From: Pachysolen tannophilus NRRL Y-2460
Lineage: Eukaryota
Assembly: GCA_001661245.1 (NCBI GenBank)
Contig: KV454018.1
Location: 867,996 to 931,995, forward strand
DNA: 64,000 bases
Direction: 5' to 3'
Shown here: one piece after another, positions 10,206-21,347 of the stretch
How the letters are laid out: each line of letters begins with the position of its first letter
Numbering within the stretch: the first letter of the stretch is position 1
Notes under the pieces: generated by a model
What the model was told of the DNA's origin: nothing
The model's database searches: none
What the model saw: only the letters and a program-made list of their open reading frames with translations
Made by a program: the position numbers and the translations under genes

Positions 10206-12926
10206 TAATATTAATATTAATATTAATAATAGGGATCAGCATTTACCTAGTATTTATAAAAAAATAATAGTCTTATTCAGAATATTATACACTTATTTAA
10301 GGTTATTACCAGCTTCCATATTAAGATCAGATTTAATGAAAAACCATGTAAACCAATTAAAGATTAATTACAGAATATTGGATGGAAATAATCCGATATC
10401 ATCTAAAGGCAGAATTGGTTTATCAAAAGATTTGAAATCAAAAAAAAAAATAAAACTACTGGTGATAGCAGTAACGAATTGCCTAAACATTTGAAACAGA
10501 AAAAATTTGAACCAATAATAACACCTATAGGCAGTATGAGACTAAGCGTCTCTTATAGAGAAAACTGTGATTTCAAATTGAACGATAACGAAGAACTATT
10601 AAGTTCACATTTTTTAAGCATAGACAACAACAACAATAATAACAACAATAATAATAATAATATTGTGCAACATAGTGATATTGACAAAGCTGCAACTGTT
10701 GAGAAAAAACTTTCACCAGATTCAAGTAATGATCTGGTGTTACAAGAGGAAGAGGAAAAGATAACCGAGATAAGTTCACATAGTAAGGAGGGAAGCGAAA
10801 AATCAACTCCTGAGCCTGTGGCTTTAATGGCAAATACTTCTTCAAAGCAAATCAATCAGTTGAAGAGACTATCTTTACTGTCTACCAACTCTTTATCTCC
10901 AGGATCACCTTTTTTAAAAGAGTTTTCGCCTTCGTTCAGTAAATTGAGAAGATCGTCTTCATCAGCTTCTAGGAGTTTCCAACCTTTCAAAGTTGGGTCA
11001 ATTTCTAGTTTACAAAATGCTAACAGCGCAGGTACTCCTCCTTCATCATCGTCATTAGAGCAACAGCAACAGCATCAATTTACTGTTCAAAGTAATTCTT
11101 CAACTACTTCATTGGCCGCTATGTTAAGACAACAAAGAACAAGCTTTAGCAATAACAACCAACCAAGTGGTGCTGTATTGATTCCTACAAAAGGAAATGC
11201 TATTAACAATTCGAATCAATTATATATTGGAAGTATTGATTCTTCACTTTCATCGACTACTAATATGCAAGTACCACAGCGTGTTTCAACTAGCGTTGAA
11301 AGTCGTATACAACAACAACAACCACAACAACCACAACAGCTGTTATCAACATCTTCAAACACTCCTAAATTTTCTTCATCTTTTGGTTCTAAATATAGGA
11401 AAAGCAGTACAAATACTAATACTTCAAGGCAAAATAGTTTAGAAAATCAGCATCATTTTCAAAATCAAAGAATTAAATCTTCTACATCATTAGTTGGTGA
11501 CGAAGTGGATCTACAGCAACCTAACGATGATAATGATTTGGATAGCTTTATTAAGTTATTGGATGCCAAACCTGATTTAAGGTTTAGTTCTGTATCATCA
11601 ACATCGATCTTAAATAAGTCTCGTAACAATGATCTTAATAATGATTCTTTAGAAAAATTTCAAATGATGAGAAGTAATCACAACGTTTTAAGTGATAGTT
11701 TAACTGCTAGTTTGATGGGGTTTAACCAACAACTTCAACACCCACAACAACAACCACCACATTCTTCAAGTTATGGTCAATCCCCTCCTCCCCTAGTTAT
11801 AAGACAACAGAGAGTATCATTTTCCAATAGTTCTCCTAATAGATATACTCCTTTAATTTCTTCAAAATTGAGTGGAGAAAGCATAACGTCAACTTCTTTG
11901 GGGAATAGGCAGCATAGTCAAGAACATCATGATCATGATAATATCAGTGATTATTTATATCCGAACAATAATAGTAATAATAGCAACAATAGCAACAATA
12001 GCATCAGAGAGCATAATATTGGATCTGCGCCGGTATTTCCTTCTTATCTACCGAAATCATCATCTCCGCAAGCAGTGCAATTACCATCTGCACCATCTCA
12101 TCCTAATTCCAAGAGAAATAGTTTTTCATCAAATTCACTCAATTATAATTACTCTAAGATTTTAAGTCCATCACAGGCTACTATTAGTGCTTCAAATGCC
12201 CACGCAAAGATGTTTAAAGATACTAAAAACAATCTTTTGACAAATAGAAAATTGTCAAGTTCCAATGAGTACAATAGCAATAACAAAAGCAGCGACTCGT
12301 TATCAAGGGTTAAGAATACGATACATAATGCCAATGACCCTACAACAAATAGGAGTCCGACATTATCTACAACAGTGACTACTAACAGGTCAAGATCAGA
12401 TTCTCAGGATTCTTCAGATTCTTTGACCAATACTTCATTCTTAAGATTACATCAAAATAGAAGTTATAACTCTAATTCTCCATCTTTAAACCATCATCAA
12501 GCAAATTCTAATTTGAAAAAGGCTGTATCTGCCGCATACAATCACGAGTCAGCTATTGTAGATGATGATGATGATGATGACAATGAAGAAGCGACGAAAG
12601 AAGGCTTGGAAAATAAAGACAGAAGAAATAAGCAAAATGAAGATGTCAATAATGAAAAGGATAAGAAAGATAAAAATAATAAAAATAAAGATAGCCAGGA
12701 TGATGACGAATTTGATTTGGACAACATGACTAGTGACAGGCTAAGATTATTAAGAGGTTATACTGATTCCAATAATCAAAAATCAAATAGGATTACTAGT
12801 GGTGGAACCAATAAAAAATCAGATCATTATTCTCATTCGCACGAAGAAAACAATGACGAAGATGATGATGAAGAAGATGATGATTTATTGTTTGCTATGA
12901 GTGATATGAACTTAGCAAGAGGTTAA
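9549..12926 (+). CDS. ATG13: Autophagy protein Atg13 (exon 1 9549-9653, intron 9654-9762, apparent frameshift in the A-run 10440-10450)
   Basis: GTAAGT / TACTAAC (9713) / AAG intron joins ..TQVIQ|NFFLKASHIIAQAR. HORMA motifs NKWFNLELD, VLERWLVEFD, YKKIIVLFR..Y..LRLLPA, then TPIGSMRLSVSYR in the next frame; C-terminal DDLLFAMSDM. Confidence 0.88.
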
Positions 12927-13216
12927 AATGCAGTCCTCCCATGTGTATTCTCTATATATATTTGTCTATATCTATATATATATTTATGTATGTTTTATAA
13001 TTTTATAATTTTATAATTTATTATAAAGTTTTATTTTTCATACGATTTAGTGTTGAAAAAAAATAAAAATTAAAAATTAAAAATTGAAAATTGAAAAGTA
13101 ATAAATAAACTCAACAAATTAAATTTAGTTACTATTAGTGGTGAATATAAGGATAAAACGAGTGGGTTATTTTGAGAAAAATTGATAATATTGATTTATA
13201 TTTGAAGAATTAAAAG

Positions 13217-14551
13217 ATGTCTACAGATTTGGAACAAAAATTATCTGCAATCGATCAGGATGAGGATGATGATATTGAATTGATGGATGCTGATAAACCA
13301 ATGCCTTTACAACCTCCACATCTTTTAGATCTTGAGAATAACAACAATAATCAGAATCAAGAAATATCTGTTTCACTTGATGATGATAATGATATGAATG
13401 TTAGACCTGAAGCACTTTTTTTAAAAGGTGTTGATGATTTATCTCCAAGAGATATTAAATTATATATAGACCATTATATTAGACCGGATTATTCGTTTAC
13501 CAACAAAGAAAAATATGAAAATTTAAATTATAAATTTGAATGGATTAATGATTCATCATTGAATATTGTGTTTGAAAATAAAGAAGCTTGTTTTGAGGCA
13601 TTATCCAAATTATCAAAAATTGATATAGATAAATTACCCATTAGTCAAGAAAGACCAGCACAGGAATATATTGCACAGGATATTAACGGTACTAAAGAAG
13701 ATGAAACTGCAGTTGAGTCTATACAAGAAGACAGAAAATTATTTGTAAGACAATCTTTTAGTTATGATAAAAAAATCAAGAATGCCAGGTTATATTCACG
13801 TTATTATCTTTTACATGGAGAACCAAATAAGTCTGATAGACCATCAAGAAAGAATCAAAATGACTACTATTCTAAATATTTGAAACAGAAAAATGGTGAT
13901 GGCGATGGAGATGTAAATGGAAACGGAAATGAAGAAGAAATATTGGACCAAGAGAATAACGAAGATCTGAAACAAAGGGAAACCAATAAGTATAGAGAAA
14001 GAGAATCACATAGAAGAAGACCATACTATGGATCTCTGAGGGCTGCAGAGCCAGATTTAATTACAAATGAAGTTGAAGATATCAGGGGAATATCTGGTTA
14101 TGATCGAGATGATCGTGACTTTGATGATGATTTGATTCCTTCAAAGGCAAATTCTAAACCTTTAAGTTCAAGAATAGGCGAACGTGAACCAGCAAGAAGA
14201 TGGGCAAAAACTGATTATAGAAGTGGAAGATTAAGTGATAGAATAAAATCCAATAATAATAATAATAATAATAATGATGATGATGATTTATTCCCACAGT
14301 ACAACAGAACTCGCGAAAGAAATTCAAGAGGTTTTAGAGAAAGACCATCATCATCATCATCATCATCTTTTAGACGTAACAATACAAGAGACCGTTCCAG
14401 ATCACCACCATCAATGAGAGGTTCCAACATGGAAATTGACGACGATGATAAAGAACAATTATCCACCAGAATAGGCCAAAAAAGTGGAAGATCATTAGAA
14501 GATCTGTTAGGTATAAGCAACAGAAGGAGAACACACGATTTATTTGATTAA
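13217..14551 (+). CDS. NCBP3-like (nuclear cap-binding subunit 3 family) RNA-binding protein
   Basis: RPEALFLKGVDDLS, KFEWINDSSLNIVF, DKKIKNARLYSRYYL; R/S/D-rich tail. Confidence 0.7.
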   Translation: MSTDLEQKLSAIDQDEDDDIELMDADKPMPLQPPHLLDLENNNNNQNQEISVSLDDDNDMNVRPEALFLKGVDDLSPRDIKLYIDHYIRPDYSFTNKEKYENLNYKFEWINDSSLNIVFENKEACFEALSKLSKIDIDKLPISQERPAQEYIAQDINGTKEDETAVESIQEDRKLFVRQSFSYDKKIKNARLYSRYYLLHGEPNKSDRPSRKNQNDYYSKYLKQKNGDGDGDVNGNGNEEEILDQENNEDLKQRETNKYRERESHRRRPYYGSLRAAEPDLITNEVEDIRGISGYDRDDRDFDDDLIPSKANSKPLSSRIGEREPARRWAKTDYRSGRLSDRIKSNNNNNNNNDDDDLFPQYNRTRERNSRGFRERPSSSSSSSFRRNNTRDRSRSPPSMRGSNMEIDDDDKEQLSTRIGQKSGRSLEDLLGISNRRRTHDLFD

Positions 14552-14883
14552 AACGCGCTCTGTTTAATTTAATTTCTGTTTATATATTTTGTAGTAGTAA
14601 TAGATAACACTTTTGTACTGTATTTTGTTAAGGGAGGAAAAAAGAAATTTTTCATTGTTTTTTTCAGGAAAATAATAAAAAAATAAAAAATTAATTAATT
14701 AATTAATTAATTAAATAATTAAAAAGAAGTAATAGAAGAAGAATATATAAGAGGGTGTTTTCCTTCGTAGAAATTTTGAATTGAGAGATAGAAAGATAGA
14801 ACAAAAGGACAATAGAACAAAAAAAAAAAAGAAAAAAAAAGAAAAAAAGAAAAAAAAAGGGGGAAATCAAATAATAGTTATTG

Positions 14884-16239
14884 ATGATGTTAGAACTTGA
14901 TGTTAGAAGCTATTTAATAATAGCGATAAATTTTTTAGTTAAATTATGGGTTCCATTATATTTTTCAAGGTTATCTACTTTTTTAGATAATTCGATTTTA
15001 TTTTCGACTTTTATCAATAGTTTTAAGTCATTGAAAGAAGGTTTATTTCTTATAAATAAACTTGAGATAAATCCATACGATGGGGATATAATAAATCATC
15101 CACCATTATTATTAAGTTTTTTCACGTTATTAAATCGTGATAATAGTGATTTTATTTATGAATTGATTTATGCGATTACTGATAGTATAATCTTAGTAAA
15201 ATTACTTAATTTCAATAATTTATTGAAGGAAAAAAATAAGAATGAAAAAGAATTTAATGATGAAGATTATGAAAATGAATTTAGAAATGAAAAAATTGAT
15301 GAAATTAATAATGATAATGACAATAAAATAAGAAATGATAGAAATGGTGATTATTTCCATGATTTCAATGTTGTATTATTTTATTGTTTTAATCCTTTAA
15401 TATTACTTTCATTTTTTTCAAAATCAACTATTATATTTACCAATTTATTCATAATATTAATGTTAAATAATTTATTAACCAAGAATTATACTTTATCAAT
15501 TTTACAATTAAGTATATGTTCTTATTTATCATATTTCCCATTATATTTGATATTTCCAATTTTAAATTATATATATCAAGATATTAAATCGATTAAAAAA
15601 ATAATTAAATATTTAATTTTTTTCATAATTTTTATATTATTATTATCCACATTAAATTTTTGTTTTGGTTTTCAAAAAGTTATTAATAATTGTTATTTAT
15701 CAATAATATTATTTAAAAAAATTCAACCAAATTTAGGATTATGGTGGTATTTTTTCATTGAAATTTTTGAATTTTTCAATAATTTTTATATTGGATTATT
15801 TAACATGTATTCATTTATAATGATATTACCATTTACATATAAATTTAATAAGGAACCAATGATTTCATTATTTTTATGTATTTCATGGATAATTTTAACT
15901 AAAAATTATCCTGTTATTGGTGATTTAAACATGTTTAGTTTATTGATTTTAACAATTGGCTCACCTTTAATCAATTTTTTACAAATTCCATTACTTTTAA
16001 TTAATATTGTATTATTTGTTGTATTGGTATTATTAGTATTATTTTATTATTTATGGATGGATTTGAATTCTGGTAATTCAAATTTTTTTTACGGAGTAGG
16101 ATTAGTTTACAATATTTTAATTGGTTTTGCTATTATTGATTTCACATGGAGTCAATTAAGTAAAACTTGGTATGAAGAAAATCATATTGAGATCCACGAT
16201 GATGAAGAACGTAAAATAATTAAATTAACTCAAATATAA
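14884..16239 (+). CDS. GAB1: GPI transamidase subunit PIG-U
   Basis: FSTFINSFKSLKEGLFL, PYDGDIINHPPLLL, PNLGLWWYFFIEIF, SGNSNFFY; multiple TM helices. Confidence 0.9.
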   Translation: MMLELDVRSYLIIAINFLVKLWVPLYFSRLSTFLDNSILFSTFINSFKSLKEGLFLINKLEINPYDGDIINHPPLLLSFFTLLNRDNSDFIYELIYAITDSIILVKLLNFNNLLKEKNKNEKEFNDEDYENEFRNEKIDEINNDNDNKIRNDRNGDYFHDFNVVLFYCFNPLILLSFFSKSTIIFTNLFIILMLNNLLTKNYTLSILQLSICSYLSYFPLYLIFPILNYIYQDIKSIKKIIKYLIFFIIFILLLSTLNFCFGFQKVINNCYLSIILFKKIQPNLGLWWYFFIEIFEFFNNFYIGLFNMYSFIMILPFTYKFNKEPMISLFLCISWIILTKNYPVIGDLNMFSLLILTIGSPLINFLQIPLLLINIVLFVVLVLLVLFYYLWMDLNSGNSNFFYGVGLVYNILIGFAIIDFTWSQLSKTWYEENHIEIHDDEERKIIKLTQI

Positions 16240-16726
16240 ATAAATTTTTTAAGAGTAATGGGTTTTTTTATAAGAATATTAATAGTAATAAATAATAATA
16301 ATAATAATAATTAATTTATAAGGTACAACTTTTACTAAAGAAGTTTTAAACTAGAATTTTAATCTTAATCTCAAGTCAACTAAACTCATAATAATTATAA
16401 CCATGTTTAAAATTGTTTCAACCTTGGAAACATATTATTTATGCGGGTATAACTGGGGATCTTCCAAGGAAGCGTGTTTTAGTCCGCATCTGGTAATGCT
16501 TAGAATTTTGTATGTGTTTTTTTTTTGTTTTTTTTAGCTAAAAGCAGTTCCAAGTGAATTTTATTTCTTTTGACTTTCTTTGTTTTTCTTTCGTTTCCCC
16601 GCTAACACTTTGCTGCGCTTTCCTCTTCTACGCTGCTGGGCGCATGCATAAATTCTTAGTTTCTCTTTAGCGGGGCGGGAAAAAAGAACGAGGGAGGGAG
16701 GAGGAGGGCGGCGGCGGACCTAGAAC

Positions 16727-16803
16727 CAGCCCAAAGGTTCAGCCTAAAAGTTCAGCCTAAAAGTCCATCTTAAAGGTTCCAGCCCTGGTTCCAGCTTAAA
16801 GGT
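16727..16803 (+). repeat. Degenerate ~13-bp tandem repeat (CAGCCTAAARGTT-like, 6 copies)
   Basis: cagcccaaaggtt cagcctaaaagtt cagcctaaaagtc catcttaaaggttc cagccctggttc cagcttaaaggt. Confidence 0.75.
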
Positions 16804-17784
16804 AAGCTTTAATAAGGGGGACCTAGTTAAGACTTAAGACTTTTAGCGAATTTCTCTCAGCATCCGCTAATTCTAGAACCTCAAAAAAAAAAAAAAACCA
16901 GTCGTAATTTCAGTCGTGTGAGCGCAGTATACTCCATCATCTTATAGTAATAACCAGCACATAAACAAACTCTTTTTTTTGTTTTTTACAGTATTTTCAA
17001 GGCGTACCTCAACAGTATGCCCCATTAAGACTTCAGGATATAAACAAGAGAGTAAATAAAGAGAGTAAAAACAGAGTTAACACTGGTTACACTTTAAACA
17101 CTGGTTACAATAAAAACTATAACTTTATTTCAGTTTTTTTTTCTCTTGGCTAAAAATATTCTTCACATATAGAAACTTTGAAATCTTACAAGGAAAAAAG
17201 AAATAAAACAAAAGATAGAAAAAGAAAATCTAAACTTCTTCCCTTTTTAAACATTGGTTGTCATGGAACTTGCCTTTTTCCCAATTGGTAAGTTTTCTTT
17301 ATGCACGTTCAAAAAATTGCATACAAAAAGGCAACACTAGTAAATAAAAAAGGCAACGCACAAAGAAGGCAACTTACGCACACTTGCACACTCGTTCACT
17401 CACTTTTACGCACTTTTTTTCTTTTTTTCCCAGTGTTTTCAGAGTTTTCAGCTCAATTGATAAGGCGGGACTACAAGCGACCAAAAGATAAAAGAAAAAA
17501 AGAAAAAGAAAAAAAAAAAAGAAATATAAATAAGTAAATAAACATTGAAAATTTTCATGCCCTTGAAAAGCCAAGCAAGTTGGATAAACAAAGAAATAAA
17601 CAAGAGAACAAGGGGAAAAAAAAATAAATAAAAAAAAAAAAAGAGGATATAAATATCCCATACTTTTCTTCTTTTTTTTTACTTTTTTTTTCTTTTCATT
17701 GTATAATAATATATCGATATAATTCAATCCAACTTGATACATTCGCTCCAAACTTTATATCCTTAAATTTAATAAATATATACA

Positions 17785-18084
17785 ATGAGATTTTCTACTG
17801 TTTCCATGATTGCTGCTTTAGCAGCCACTATTAGAGCTGAAACTGTTTATGTTACAAGTGAATCAAGTGTCACTGATACTATTACATCATGTGCTTCAAC
17901 AGTTAGCAATTGTCCAGCTACTCTGACTAGTGCTGCTCTGACCAGTAGTGCTTATGCCTACTCTTCAGTTGCTGCTACCAACGCAACTGTTTCCACCTAC
18001 GAGAATGCCGGTGCTGCTAGAAGTGGCTCTTATGCTGCTGTTGGTGCTGCTGCTTTGGTTGGTGTTGCTCTCTTTGGTTTATAA
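17785..18084 (+). CDS. Small GPI-anchored cell-wall protein (Ccw12/Pga59-like)
   Basis: Signal peptide, TITSC..C motif, Ser/Thr-rich body, YENAGA omega site and hydrophobic tail; codon usage typical of a highly expressed gene. Confidence 0.85.
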   Translation: MRFSTVSMIAALAATIRAETVYVTSESSVTDTITSCASTVSNCPATLTSAALTSSAYAYSSVAATNATVSTYENAGAARSGSYAAVGAAALVGVALFGL

Positions 18085-18623
18085 ACAAAATAAACAAATT
18101 AAAACAACAACAAAAAAAAACAAATATATATATATATTATTTTATTTGTTAATTTAAATATTAATTTCTACAATTGAATCGAAATCGCTTTTATTGAGAA
18201 AAGAAGTTATTAGTATTACAAAAAAACTTACAAAATATTTATTTTAAAAGAATTAATTATGCTACAATTTTTTTCTTTTTTTTTTTTTTTATTTTATTTT
18301 TTACCATATGTGGTTGAGATAGGTCTGTTGTATACTATAATTTGAAATTCTCGGATTTTTTTTAGAGGTTTTTATTTTCTATTGAGTGAATACATACATA
18401 TACATATATATATATATACATATATACAAGTTTAGTAATAATAGAATTCGTAATAAATAATAATATTGCAGAAGTCTACAGGTTGTATTTAAGCTAAACA
18501 AAGGCATAATTATTATTACTAAAAAGAAAACTATGGAATTTATTTTATTTTTTCAATATTTAGATAAATAAATATGTAAATTTGCTTAATTCAAAAAAAT
18601 AAAAAAAAAAAAAAAAAAGAAGG

Positions 18624-20843
18624 TTAGCGTGAAGGCTGACCTTGTCTTGGCCTATTTCCAGTAATTATATTAGTATTTACTCCATTCATCTTTAACCGTT
18701 GTGCAGTTGGAATTAAAGATAATTTTTGTAAATTTATTTCTAAAATTCGAAGTAAATCTTCATTTAAATTTTCTAAATTTTTAATTTCATTTAATTTAAA
18801 TTGTTTATTTTTAAGAAATTCCAGTGAATTTTTTTCTGTTTCAATTTCTTGAAATTGATTTAAATTTTTAACTTTATCATTTAATTGATAATTTTCAAGT
18901 TCAAGCTTATTAATTTCTTTATCAAATTCATCAATTGATTTTAATGCATTCGTTAATTCTTGTGACATATACTTATTTTCTTGTTCTTTATTTTGTAATT
19001 TAACTAATTCCAATTCATAATCTTCTTTTAATTTAATTAACTTTAATTGATTTTGAGTATATTTAATAAGATTTTTATTAGAATCATTTCCATTTTCATT
19101 CAATGAATTTAATTTAATTATTAATTCTTCAACTTCAGTTTCTAATTTTTTGAAAAAATTTTTGAAATTTTCAATTTTTTCTTGTTTTAAATTATTATCA
19201 TTATCAATTTTATTTAATTTTTCTTTTAAATCATTTAAATCTTTATTTATCTTATATTTTGATTCTTTTGATTCTTTAATATCTTCAATTCTAATATCAT
19301 GAATATAATCAAAAGTTTCAAGTTCTTTATTAATTCCATTAAATTCTAATAAATACATATTAAAATTTTGAATTAATTTATGAGTCAATACATTATCAAG
19401 ATAATTTTGTTGTTTGCTAGTTCTATGTATACCAGTCATTAATGATTGATTGGAAGATTTAACTGGATTTGATACATAGTCATTATTTATTCTTTTCAAT
19501 TGATAATATGATAACCATTTTCTCTTTTTAACAATGTGATGGTTTGGTAATTGTAATACATTATCATCATTATTATTAAAATTAAATTTAACTTCAGTCA
19601 ACAAGGATTTTTCAACGTCATTAGGGGTAAAACTTTTAATCGGTCTAAGATCAGGTAATGGCCATGGGAATAATCCAGATTCTTCAATTTTTTTAAAATT
19701 TTTATTCATCTTGTCATTGTCAATTAAAGATTGAGGTGCTAAATGTTTAAACCATTCAACTAAATATTTTAAATTTGTTGAATAAACCGATTTTAACTCT
19801 GAAGGAATCACACCAATACTATCTCTCATACATACTATAGCTGCTGTTACTGGCTTTAAATAAGCAACATCTCTTTTATCGTTAAAATTTTTACGGAAAT
19901 ATAATGCAATGTGTTCAATAGTGTTACTCGGCACTAATCTTAAAATTTGAGGTTTTTTTGGTAAATTGTTGTTGTTGTTACCGTTGAGTAAAACTGAGAT
20001 AAAGTTATCCATAGTGCTTACACTTATATCAAAGACTATGAACAAATCTATCACTCTTTTATCATTATTTAACAATTCTTGATTATACATTTCTTTATTC
20101 AATTCAACTTCAAGTGAAGGCAATAGATGAACAGTTAATTGATACAGTTGTTGCAGCTGATCAGCTTGTTTTTTACTCTTATTGCTAGTTATCACTCTAT
20201 CACCTGAATATCTTTTAATATTGCATTTATGTCCCAACAATAAACTTTCAATTAAATCCATACATTTCCCAGAACTTGAAACTATCACAAGATTAAAATT
20301 TTCCGCCAATAAGATTTTGTCCTTATCTTCTTTTCTTGTAAACCCATTTCCCAGGTTATTGTTAACATTTTGTTTTTCTTTTTTATTCCCATTTGTAGTT
20401 GTACCATTATTATCTGTAACATTTTCACAATATAATTTTTCTATAATATTTAATATATCATGTAAAACTCCAAATTTACCACTTGTTTCAGCAATTGTCT
20501 TATACATGTCCTTAGAAGTCAAATTTTTCGGGAAAAAATGATCTATAAGTAAATAAGGATGGTTGCTCACCAATAACGAGTTATCCAACAATGTCTTTAA
20601 CGAATCTATAATTAATTGGTCTTGAATATCATTATTTTCATTTTTCATGTACCGTTCATAAAATTTCAAAATGTCACTATAGTGTAAAGACACTATCTGA
20701 TCAAACAACTCCTTCTGAAAGTCAGTTAGCGGAGTCAAAAGCTTATAATCTCCTGATACAGAATACTGGTGGTCTATCTTGAAATTCGATGAATCAATTA
20801 TCAGTGGTTCCGGTGTGGAATCTAAAATTTTCAGCAAATTCAT
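18624..20843 (-). CDS. HDA3: HDA1 histone deacetylase complex subunit 3
   Basis: MNLLKILD, SGDY, QKELFDQIVSLHYSDIL, HPYLLIDH, SGKFGVL; C-terminal coiled coil. Confidence 0.9.
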   Translation of the reverse strand: MNLLKILDSTPEPLIIDSSNFKIDHQYSVSGDYKLLTPLTDFQKELFDQIVSLHYSDILKFYERYMKNENNDIQDQLIIDSLKTLLDNSLLVSNHPYLLIDHFFPKNLTSKDMYKTIAETSGKFGVLHDILNIIEKLYCENVTDNNGTTTNGNKKEKQNVNNNLGNGFTRKEDKDKILLAENFNLVIVSSSGKCMDLIESLLLGHKCNIKRYSGDRVITSNKSKKQADQLQQLYQLTVHLLPSLEVELNKEMYNQELLNNDKRVIDLFIVFDISVSTMDNFISVLLNGNNNNNLPKKPQILRLVPSNTIEHIALYFRKNFNDKRDVAYLKPVTAAIVCMRDSIGVIPSELKSVYSTNLKYLVEWFKHLAPQSLIDNDKMNKNFKKIEESGLFPWPLPDLRPIKSFTPNDVEKSLLTEVKFNFNNNDDNVLQLPNHHIVKKRKWLSYYQLKRINNDYVSNPVKSSNQSLMTGIHRTSKQQNYLDNVLTHKLIQNFNMYLLEFNGINKELETFDYIHDIRIEDIKESKESKYKINKDLNDLKEKLNKIDNDNNLKQEKIENFKNFFKKLETEVEELIIKLNSLNENGNDSNKNLIKYTQNQLKLIKLKEDYELELVKLQNKEQENKYMSQELTNALKSIDEFDKEINKLELENYQLNDKVKNLNQFQEIETEKNSLEFLKNKQFKLNEIKNLENLNEDLLRILEINLQKLSLIPTAQRLKMNGVNTNIITGNRPRQGQPSR

Positions 20844-21347
20844 TTTCCTTACTCTTCACTTTCACTTTCACTTTCCTTTTCCCTTTCCCTTTCCGTCAAC
20901 TTCTCCAATCTAATTTTTTTTCAACATACACTTTCTCCACTCAAAGGATAAAGACAAACTTCTATATCTAGAGCTCACAGAATATTTATTCAAATACTTG
21001 TTCTTTCACCAAAAATCAACAAGCATTTATTGAATTATACAAACCCTTATACAAAGAAAGGTTTCAACCTTTCCTACTTTGGACATGCAAAATAAAACAA
21101 AAATTATTAAAAAAATTTCCTAAAACGGCAAACTCCCCAAACGGGTAATTGCTTAATTTATTAACATAAAAAGACAAAAGAGGAAATGTCTTTTAGAAAA
21201 GAGTCTATCTATACACCACACCGACGATATAACGATAATAACGAAATAAATGAAATAAAAGAGAAATGAAAAGAGAAAGAGATATAGAATAAGTAGAAAT
21301 AGAAAAAGGTGAATAATGAATAATTGGGACAAGAAGAGGTTCACTCT

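Noticed and set aside
10553..14520. Short antisense and overlapping ORFs with poly-Leu/Tyr/Cys tracts (also around 21433, 40985, 54678 and 61546)
   Set aside because: Shadows of AAT/CAA/GAT microsatellite codon runs and codon bias in real genes
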